Below, in pieces: positions 6,718-13,067 of a DNA stretch of 13,067 nucleotides. Source of the DNA: a bacterium (GTDB lineage: Bacteria; Zhuqueibacterota; Zhuqueibacteria; Oceanimicrobiales; Oceanimicrobiaceae); assembly GCA_046757165.1 (NCBI GenBank), contig JBHHXT010000129.1:1-13067 (forward strand), given 5' to 3'. How positions within the stretch are numbered: position 1 is the stretch's first letter; each line of letters begins with the position of its first letter. Both the position numbers and the translations under genes were made by a program. The notes beneath the pieces were generated by a model that was not told the DNA's origin, searched no databases, and saw nothing but the letters and a program-made list of their open reading frames with translations.

Positions 6718-7007
6718 AACAGGATCCAACACAGTCTCTGACTGTGTTTTGGTGTCCTGGGCGACACGCCGGGCCTGAAATACACGGTCAGAGACCGTGT
6801 AGGATCGGGACTTGAATCAGTGATTCAGACAATCAGCGCAGCGGTTTCCGCGACCCGGTGAGTGTCCGAAATGGCTTCGCTAAGCTCCGACACCATCGGA
6901 GCTTGACGCGGTTACGCCGAAGGCGTTTCACAACAAAGCCCAGGGTCGCGAAGCGAACCCTGGGACCAGAGATATCAACAAGCCCAAAACCCTGAAAGGG
7001 TTTGACA
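6718..7007. repeat. 290-bp direct repeat, copy 1 (mosaic of hairpins)
   Basis: Identical by manual comparison to 7745-8034 (offset 1027). Hairpins at 6728-6748, 6781-6801, 6813-6827, 6882-6904, 6914-6926, 6939-6964 and 6987-7003. Confidence 0.95.
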
Positions 7008-7019
7008 GAGTACGTCATC

Positions 7020-7475
7020 ATGCCCCAGTCACTGGTTCAGATTTATCTGCATCTTGTCTTTTCGACAAAACAGCGTCAACCATTTCTCGCTGACCAGCAG
7101 ATAAGGGAGCAGACCCATGCGTATCTGGCGGGAATCTGTAAGAACTTGAAATGCCCGGCCTTAATTGTGGGCGGTGTTGCGGATCACGTCCACATGCTGA
7201 ACCGTCACTCGAAGAACCTTTCTGTGGCTGATTTTCTCCGAGAACTGAAACGTGCATCATCGGAGTGGATCAAAACGCTCAGCTCGGCTTTGTCTTCGTT
7301 TCATTGGCAAAACGGATATGGTGCCTTTTCCATCAGTCCTTCTCATGTAGCGGAGGTCAGAAAGTACATTGCGAACCAGGCCGAACATCACCACCATGAA
7401 TCGTTCCAGGATGAATTTCGACGGCTATGCCGGAAATATGGTGTTGAAATCGATGAGCGCTACGTATGGGATTAA
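7020..7475 (+). CDS. tnpA: IS200/IS605-family Y1 transposase (TnpA, HUH superfamily)
   Basis: MPQSLVQIYLHLVFSTKQR, HUH motif DHVHML, WQNGYGAFS and catalytic YIANQ (YxxxQ). The ATG at 7020 gives 151 aa. Confidence 0.93.
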   Translation: MPQSLVQIYLHLVFSTKQRQPFLADQQIREQTHAYLAGICKNLKCPALIVGGVADHVHMLNRHSKNLSVADFLRELKRASSEWIKTLSSALSSFHWQNGYGAFSISPSHVAEVRKYIANQAEHHHHESFQDEFRRLCRKYGVEIDERYVWD

Positions 7476-7506
7476 AGGTGACACAACTTCAGGTTGGCAA
7501 GCCCTT

Positions 7507-7611
7507 TGTCAAACCCTTTCAGGGTTTGGGGTGTTGTGAGAGCTTGCCAGTCCCAGGGTACCCCGACACGTCGGGGCACCCTGGGCTTTGATGTTTAACC
7601 GCTTCGCGGTA
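7507..7611 (-). repeat. Inverted, diverged copy of the 6911-7007 REP-like arm
   Basis: TGTCAAACCCTTTCAGGGTTT...GTCCCAGGGT...ACCCTGGGCTTTG...ACCGCTTCGCGGT mirrors the reverse complement of the left arm. Confidence 0.85.
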
Positions 7612-7647
7612 GAACAGGAGTTTTGCAAAGCGGGGTGCTTTTCAGAT

Positions 7648-7722
7648 GTTGCGGAAATCAGCGCAGCGGTTTCCGTAACTCGGTGAGTGTCGGCGACCCC
7701 TGCGCTTATCTCCGACACTATC
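7648..7722. repeat. Diverged third copy of the middle module of the 290-bp repeat
   Basis: AATCAGCGCAGCGGTTTCCG..AC.CGGTGAGTGTC...CTCCGACAC (from 7656) matches 6831-6893. Here it forms a complete hairpin, GTTGCGGAAA/TTTCCGTAAC (7648-7679). Confidence 0.75.
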
Positions 7723-7744
7723 CGAAGAAGGCGTATTTGAGACA

Positions 7745-8034
7745 AACAGGATCCAACACAGTCTCTGACTGTGTTTTGGTGTCCTGGGCGACACGCCGGG
7801 CCTGAAATACACGGTCAGAGACCGTGTAGGATCGGGACTTGAATCAGTGATTCAGACAATCAGCGCAGCGGTTTCCGCGACCCGGTGAGTGTCCGAAATG
7901 GCTTCGCTAAGCTCCGACACCATCGGAGCTTGACGCGGTTACGCCGAAGGCGTTTCACAACAAAGCCCAGGGTCGCGAAGCGAACCCTGGGACCAGAGAT
8001 ATCAACAAGCCCAAAACCCTGAAAGGGTTTGACA
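7745..8034. repeat. 290-bp direct repeat, copy 2
   Basis: Identical to 6718-7007; the flanking bases differ on both sides. Confidence 0.95.
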
Positions 8035-8090
8035 AACTCACATTAACCTGAGCCGGACAAGCGGAACCAAAAAAAGAAAATTAAAACCGA

Positions 8091-8158
8091 ACGCAAAGGC
8101 GCAAAGAACACGCAAAGGTTTTTCTCTGCGATCCCTTTGCGCCTTCGCGTCTTTGCGT
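8091..8158. repeat. CGCAAAG-unit inverted repeat cluster
   Basis: ACGCAAAG-GCGCAAAG-AAC-ACGCAAAG (8091-8117) faces CTTTGCGCCTTCGCGTCTTTGCGT (8135-8158). Confidence 0.7.
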
Positions 8159-8236
8159 GAAACCTTTGTCTTTTGGGATTTAATTTGCAGTTCTTGCCAA
8201 AAAATGGCAGAAAATAACTTTTCAGGTAATAAGGCA

Positions 8237-10558
8237 ATGGAGACTCTGGCAAGAACGGGTTTTGAGCGGCGCCGAATCCTGGTTCGTGGCATAGTGCAGG
8301 GGGTCGGCTTTCGACCGTTTGTGTACCGGGAAGCAAAGCGTCTGGGCCTGACCGGCTGGGTCTTGAACGACAGCAAAGGCGTCACCATCGAAGTCGAGGG
8401 TGAGCCCACAAGAATCGATGAATTCGTCTATGCCTTGCATGACAACCGGCCGGATTTAGCTCGAATCCAGACGATTCATTGTGACCCGGCAAGTGTCAGG
8501 GGGGACACCGATTTCAAGATCAAAGCGAGCGAGGCGCACCCTCAACGGCATGTGCCCATCTCTCCGGATGTGACCGTCTGTCCGGATTGTTTGCGGGAAT
8601 TATTCGACCCCGAAGATCGCCGCTATCTTTACCCGTTCATCAACTGCACCAATTGCGGCCCCCGGTTCACGATTGTTCAGGATGTGCCGTATGACCGGGC
8701 AAAGACCACCATGCGTCTCTTCCGCATGTGTCCGGAATGTCAGGAGGAATATGCGAACCCTGTCGACCGCCGGTACCATGCGCAGCCGAACGCGTGCCCG
8801 GAGTGTGGCCCGGAGGTCTTTCTGCTGCATGAGAATGGTGAGCACAAATGCTCAGCGGATGGCATTGCTGTCGCCGCGCAGAAATTGGCAACGGGGGAGA
8901 TTCTGGCCATCAAAGGATTGGGGGGGTACCATTTGGCGTGCGATGCGATGAACGAAGAGGCTGTGAGCTTGCTGCGCCACAGAAAGCATCGCTATGACAA
9001 GCCGTTTGCCCTGATGGTGCCGGATCTCGACACCGCGAAGATCGTGTGTGAAATCGGTGAGCAGGAAGCGCAGTTGCTCCAATCCCGGCGACGGCCGATT
9101 GTGCTGTTAAGGAAGAAAACCCACTGTTGCGTGGCCTCTGAAGTTGCGCCCAACTATCGAACTCTTGGTGTGATGCTGCCCTACACGCCGCTGCATTATT
9201 TGTTGCTGGCTGAGTTTGCCAGGCGACTGGGTCCGGAGCAGCCACCGGTACTGGTCATGACCAGCGGCAACCTGAGTGATGAACCGATTGCCTACCGCGA
9301 TCCGGAGGCGCGCCAGAGATTGTTTCCGATCATCGAGGCCATGTTGAGCCACAATCGTGACATTCGTACCCGTTGCGACGATTCCGTGGTGCACGTGACC
9401 TCTGCCGGTGCGCAAATTCTACGTCGTTCCCGCGGGTACGCGCCGGAGCCCATTACCACAAAGTTCAGGTTTCCGGTGCCGGTTCTGGCAACCGGCGGCC
9501 ACCTGAAGAATACCTTTTGTGTCGCAAAAGACCACCATGCCTACCTCAGTCCTCATATTGGCGATCTCGAAAACCTGGAAACGTTGACGTCATTTAGAGA
9601 AACCGTTGACCATTTTCAACGGTTGTTTGATATCGAGCCTGAGGTGGTCGTGTATGATTTGCATCCGGAATATCTGGCGACCAAATTTGCACTCGAGCGC
9701 CAGACTCCGCGGAAAATCGGTGTGCAGCACCACCACGCGCATGTTGCCAGCGTGCTGGCTGAGCACGGCATCGACCGCTCTGTCATCGGTATTTCTGCCG
9801 ATGGCACCGGGTATGGAACGGATGGCGCCATCTGGGGCTGTGAAATCATGGTGGCGGAATTGGCGGCGTTTACGCGCCGCGTCCATCTGGACTACGTGCC
9901 GATGCCCGGCGGAGAGCAGGCGATCCGGCAGCCCTGGCGCATGGCCGCGGTTTTTCTTTGCCGCGCTTTCGGTGACGGTTTTCTGGATCTCGACATCCCA
10001 TTTGTCAAGCAATTGCCGGCCGAGAAGTGGCGCACCCTGGCGCAGATGATTGACAAGCAGATCAATTGTCCGATGACCTCGAGCCTCGGCCGCCTTTTTG
10101 ATGCTGTGGCGGCGTTGCTGGGCTTTCACGCTCAGGTCCGGTACGAGGGTCAAGCCGCGATCGAGCTCGAGATGCAAGCCGCTGAATCCGGGCAGCCCTA
10201 TCTTTTTGACCTGGCTGACGGGACCCCGGCACGGGTGGATGCGACGCCCATGATCCGAGCTATTGTAGGGGATATCCAAAACGGCGTTTCTCATGCCACG
10301 ATTGCGGGCAGGTTCCACCGCACCATCGCCGAGCTTCTGGCTCAATCTTGCTCGTGTGTTCGAGCTCAAACGAATCTCAGGGAGGTGGCACTGAGTGGCG
10401 GCGTGTTTCAAAACCAGCTTCTCCTGAAGCAGCTTTTGGCGCGACTTCAATCCCTCGGATTCGAGACCTATGTCAATCAAACCGTTCCGCCAAATGATGG
10501 CGGATTGAGCTTTGGCCAGGCAGCCATCGCCGCGGCGCAGCTATCCGCTGCATGTTGA
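8237..10558 (+). CDS. hypF: Carbamoyltransferase HypF
   Basis: Acylphosphatase domain VRGIVQGVGFRPFVY; zinc fingers CPDC/NCTNCGPR and CPEC/NACPECGP; KGLGGYHL, VMTSGN, QHHHAH, DGTGYG, LSGGVFQN and PPNDGG. Start 8237 is preferred because the 8153 extension runs through repeat DNA; 8204 is possible. Confidence 0.97.
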   Translation: METLARTGFERRRILVRGIVQGVGFRPFVYREAKRLGLTGWVLNDSKGVTIEVEGEPTRIDEFVYALHDNRPDLARIQTIHCDPASVRGDTDFKIKASEAHPQRHVPISPDVTVCPDCLRELFDPEDRRYLYPFINCTNCGPRFTIVQDVPYDRAKTTMRLFRMCPECQEEYANPVDRRYHAQPNACPECGPEVFLLHENGEHKCSADGIAVAAQKLATGEILAIKGLGGYHLACDAMNEEAVSLLRHRKHRYDKPFALMVPDLDTAKIVCEIGEQEAQLLQSRRRPIVLLRKKTHCCVASEVAPNYRTLGVMLPYTPLHYLLLAEFARRLGPEQPPVLVMTSGNLSDEPIAYRDPEARQRLFPIIEAMLSHNRDIRTRCDDSVVHVTSAGAQILRRSRGYAPEPITTKFRFPVPVLATGGHLKNTFCVAKDHHAYLSPHIGDLENLETLTSFRETVDHFQRLFDIEPEVVVYDLHPEYLATKFALERQTPRKIGVQHHHAHVASVLAEHGIDRSVIGISADGTGYGTDGAIWGCEIMVAELAAFTRRVHLDYVPMPGGEQAIRQPWRMAAVFLCRAFGDGFLDLDIPFVKQLPAEKWRTLAQMIDKQINCPMTSSLGRLFDAVAALLGFHAQVRYEGQAAIELEMQAAESGQPYLFDLADGTPARVDATPMIRAIVGDIQNGVSHATIAGRFHRTIAELLAQSCSCVRAQTNLREVALSGGVFQNQLLLKQLLARLQSLGFETYVNQTVPPNDGGLSFGQAAIAAAQLSAAC

Positions 10559-10590
10559 AAACGAGAATACAGCCCAAAAAGGAGTCTGAT

Positions 10591-10863
10591 ATGTGCTTGG
10601 GTATTCCGGGACAAATTGTCGAGTTTGTCGATGACGAAAAGAATCTCGCCAGGGTAGAAATCTCCGGTGTGAGGCGAAATGTCAATGTTGCTTTGCTCAA
10701 GGAGGACGGGATTGAACCCGGCAGTTGGGTCTTGATCCACGTCGGATTCGCCCTGAGCAAAATTGACGAGGAGGAAGCGCAAGAAACGCTCAAGTTTCTG
10801 CGCCAATTAGGGACAAGCTATGACGACGAAATCGAGATGCTGCACAAAAGCGATATCGATTAG
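10591..10863 (+). CDS. hypC: Hydrogenase maturation chaperone HypC
   Basis: MCLGIPGQIV N-terminus and WVLIHVGFALSKIDEEEA; RBS AAGGAG upstream of ATG 10591. Confidence 0.96.
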   Translation: MCLGIPGQIVEFVDDEKNLARVEISGVRRNVNVALLKEDGIEPGSWVLIHVGFALSKIDEEEAQETLKFLRQLGTSYDDEIEMLHKSDID

Positions 10864-10889
10864 CTGAACTATTGTTGGTGAAACCAAGC

Positions 10890-11153
10890 ATGAGAAAACA
10901 AGACAGCGCCCCCAACCTCGATCGTGCCAGTGGAATGAGTTGTTCGGTTGACCAATATGGTTGTTGCGCCACCTGTGCCGACGAAGCGGCACCCGTGCTG
11001 ATTTCACGAGTCGTCGATGGCCAAAATGCCATTGGCCGGCTAAACGACACTGAAATCGAAGTCGACATCAGCCTGATAGAGAAGGTGTGCCCTGGAGACG
11101 TGGTGCTCGTTCATGCCGGGGTTGCGCTTGCTCAGATTGACGAGGATGACTGA
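10890..11153 (+). CDS. Atypical HypC/HupF-family protein with Cys-rich N-terminus
   Basis: The C-terminal EVDISLIEKVCPGDVVLVHAGVALAQI is a HypC signature. The N-terminus has CSVDQYGCCATCADEA instead of MCxxxP. Start is uncertain (10890 or 10935). Confidence 0.8.
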   Translation: MRKQDSAPNLDRASGMSCSVDQYGCCATCADEAAPVLISRVVDGQNAIGRLNDTEIEVDISLIEKVCPGDVVLVHAGVALAQIDEDD

Positions 11154-11263
11154 ATGCAGGAGTGACAGGAAGGAGTCAGAAGGAACCAAGAGCCGGTGGC
11201 GCGCTGCCACGCTGGCGACCGCCTAGCTAGCTAGAGCACCAAACAATATGCCTAACAAATGCC

Positions 11264-11301
11264 TTGATTATGCATAATATGTTGCTATCTTATGCATGAG
11301 A
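11264..11301 (+). promoter_or_regulatory. vapBC promoter with two palindromic operator sites
   Basis: TTGATT (11264-11269), 16-bp spacer, extended -10 TGcTATCTT (11283-11291). Perfect palindrome ATTATGCATAAT (11267-11278) and near-perfect TCTTATGCATGAGA (11288-11301). Confidence 0.7.
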
Positions 11302-11321
11302 ACCCCAAAAGGTGAAGTGAT

Positions 11322-11531
11322 ATGAGAACAACAATCGATATCCCCGAAGAGCTGATTAACGAAGCGATGAGAATAACCAAATCTTCCACCAAGACAGAAC
11401 TGATCAAGAACGCGCTTTACGATATCATTCAAAAAAACAAAATCCAAGCGCTAAAGAACTACAAGGGAAAAATAGATCTCGACATCGACTTGAATTCTGT
11501 TAGAAATAGAGATGAATATTCTGGTAGATAG
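11322..11531 (+). CDS. vapB: Type II antitoxin, VapB family (ribbon-helix-helix-like)
   Basis: MRTTIDIPEELINEAMRITKSSTKTELIKNAL N-terminus; 69 aa; overlaps the downstream PIN gene by 20 bp; RBS AAAGGTGA. Confidence 0.88.
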   Translation: MRTTIDIPEELINEAMRITKSSTKTELIKNALYDIIQKNKIQALKNYKGKIDLDIDLNSVRNRDEYSGR

Positions 11532-11895
11532 TTCCATATGGATTGACTATTTCAGAAGTGGGAGCCATTCAAACAAGCTTGATACATACATTGATCAAAA
11601 TCTTATTTGCATCAATCACTTGATCTTAGCAGAATTGGTGCCTTTTCTAAGAGTAAAGAAACAATCCCGTGTTATGAGATTACTCCATGATATCACCAAT
11701 ATTTCACTTGAAATTAATTGGCAAAACATAATCGACTTTCAAACTATTTGCATCCAAAATGGAATTAATAAGGTTGGAATACCTGATTTGATAATTCTGG
11801 ACAATGTCATTCAAAATGACCTCGTCTTGTTCACACTTGATAAACACTTCAGCTTGATAAATAAACACGTAACTTTTGAAATACTTGAAGCATAG
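11512..11895 (+). CDS. vapC: PIN-domain toxin, VapC family
   Basis: ILVDSSIWIDYF, ILAEL, IPDLII and LFTLDKHF carry the conserved acidic PIN residues; 127 aa; AT-rich. Confidence 0.92.
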   Translation: MNILVDSSIWIDYFRSGSHSNKLDTYIDQNLICINHLILAELVPFLRVKKQSRVMRLLHDITNISLEINWQNIIDFQTICIQNGINKVGIPDLIILDNVIQNDLVLFTLDKHFSLINKHVTFEILEA

Positions 11896-11905
11896 TTGCA
11901 CGGCT

Positions 11906-12634
11906 ATGATGAATTTTCGACAAGCACTCGATGCACATTTTCCCGGCACAATATCCGAGGCTGATTTCGTGAGAAGTTCTTACGATGCCTTGAACGTTCA
12001 TGGATTCAATGAAGAGAATACGATTGCCTGCGTGGGGGTGTGCCGGGATGAGATGACGAGATCTCTGGTGGATAGCATACAAAAAACATGGGGAGAAGCG
12101 TTCAATTTCTCCAGTCTGGGAGGGATGTTGTTCCTGGGAAAGACGGGGTTTTTCGCCGCACACCATCATGCGCCGGTCGATGGAGGGAGGGAGCGTTATG
12201 CTTATTTTGCCATGGCGCATATCGCGATCGACGAGGCGGGTCGTATCGGGGTATGCCACCGACCTGGCCGTCCCGGCTCTTCAGGCGCCTGTGGGGCATT
12301 GATCGCTTTTCGGCAAGAGATGCTCGATGGGAGGCTCAACCTGGCCCTCGACCTGGATGACATAGAACAAAGCTTATTGAAACACCGTCTGTTTCGTAAA
12401 ATCAGGTATGGCGATCTCCCTGACCTGGTGGCTTTGACTAAGATAGCCTATGAAGTCATCCTGGAAGACTTGGGGCACCTGGTCGAGCTCACCGTAGATA
12501 CTGCGGTCAGCGATTACGCGCTTCTCTGCGGGATTCAAATCCATGGACCTGATAAACAACTGGTTGTTTGGCCCGGCGCGATGTATGTCGTGATAAATGG
12601 GCAGCGAGATGAGCTGGTCTTAAGGGACACCTAA
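11906..12634 (+). CDS. LCIB-like (theta-class) carbonic anhydrase homologue
   Basis: VCRDE, FNFSSLGGMLFLGKTGFFAAHHHAP, HIAIDEAGRIG...RPG...SGACGAL and GIQIH give a Cys/His/Cys ligand pattern as in the LCIB/LCIC family. ATG 11906 or 11909 is preferred over 11876, which overlaps vapC. Confidence 0.8.
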   Translation: MMNFRQALDAHFPGTISEADFVRSSYDALNVHGFNEENTIACVGVCRDEMTRSLVDSIQKTWGEAFNFSSLGGMLFLGKTGFFAAHHHAPVDGGRERYAYFAMAHIAIDEAGRIGVCHRPGRPGSSGACGALIAFRQEMLDGRLNLALDLDDIEQSLLKHRLFRKIRYGDLPDLVALTKIAYEVILEDLGHLVELTVDTAVSDYALLCGIQIHGPDKQLVVWPGAMYVVINGQRDELVLRDT

Positions 12635-12664
12635 CCGATTTGGCAAAGACAAAATAGACGAGTC

Positions 12665-13033
12665 ATGCAAAAAGGAGCATTTGGGGTGAACAATCAGGAT
12701 ATCTACAGATCCTTATACGTCATCTTTGCGTTGTTTCTACAAGTCCTGCTTATCGTTCATTTCGCCGTTCGAGTTTGGAGGCCAGGTATCGAGCTACAGT
12801 GGGGCTGGCTCGTTTACATCATAGCTGGCCTGCCTGCTTTGATTCTTGGCATCCTGTTCATCGCAACCAGACAACCCTGGTATACTTCTGCTGCGCTCCT
12901 GATTTTCTTTGTCTGGGCTGCATTCGGTTATGCAGTAGACATTCTCCACCCTGTGGACTGGCGAGGTGCACCCATAATGTGGTCGGTCTTCATCCCTTAC
13001 GTCATTCTCTTTGTGCAAAAGTCAAAGATTTGA
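12665..13033 (+). CDS. Hypothetical multi-pass membrane protein
   Basis: Three to four hydrophobic, aromatic-rich segments. The alternative GTG start at 12686 follows AAGGAG. Confidence 0.7.
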   Translation: MQKGAFGVNNQDIYRSLYVIFALFLQVLLIVHFAVRVWRPGIELQWGWLVYIIAGLPALILGILFIATRQPWYTSAALLIFFVWAAFGYAVDILHPVDWRGAPIMWSVFIPYVILFVQKSKI

Positions 13034-13067
13034 AAAAGGTATTAAAAAAGTATGAGTAAGCCTGGAT

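Larger units (their letters stand above)
6911..7611 (+). mobile_element. HUH/Y1 transposase locus (IS200-like or REP-associated) with ~100-bp inverted palindromic arms
   Basis: The left arm 6911-7007 and right arm 7507-7611 are degenerate inverted copies, each with three hairpins, flanking tnpA. No tnpB. Confidence 0.8.

Noticed and set aside
7509..7805. ORFs 7509-7745 and 7623-7805
   Set aside because: They are translations of repeat DNA with no RBS or protein-like composition
6718..8034. CRISPR array, or omega/HEARO-type guide RNA
   Set aside because: No regular repeat-spacer periodicity, and no cas, tnpB or iscB gene in the window
9590..10480. 296-aa minus-strand ORF
   Set aside because: Lies entirely antisense to hypF and has no independent features
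11193..11215. Hairpin GTGGC-GCGCT-GCCAC as an intrinsic terminator
   Set aside because: The stem is short and has no U-tract on either strand, so it is not supported enough to call
11250..12636. Integron attC sites suggested by GCCTAAC (11250-11256) and ACCTAAC (12630-12636)
   Set aside because: No matching GTTRRRY core or attC-like fold at a suitable distance, and no integrase

Overview
This window holds a + strand [NiFe]-hydrogenase operon with the layout described for group 1l (HylSL-type, high-affinity/trace-H2 lineage related to group 1h). The small subunit has no Tat signal. Five paralogous single-pass membrane/coiled-coil genes separate it from the large subunit, followed by two maturation-endopeptidase homologues (one apparently degenerate), hypF, hypC and an atypical Cys-rich hypC paralogue. 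hypA/B/D/E are not in the window. Palindromic selfish DNA is abundant in and around the operon. An internally deleted RAYT pseudogene with REP doublets lies at the left edge, and a 222-bp AT-rich insert sits between the first two membrane genes. An intact HUH/Y1 transposase is flanked by ~100-bp inverted REP-like arms and bracketed by a perfect 290-bp hairpin-rich direct repeat. Downstream are an AT-rich vapBC module with a double-palindrome operator, an LCIB-like (theta-class) carbonic anhydrase homologue and a membrane protein. All family calls come from motifs read by eye; no searches were run.
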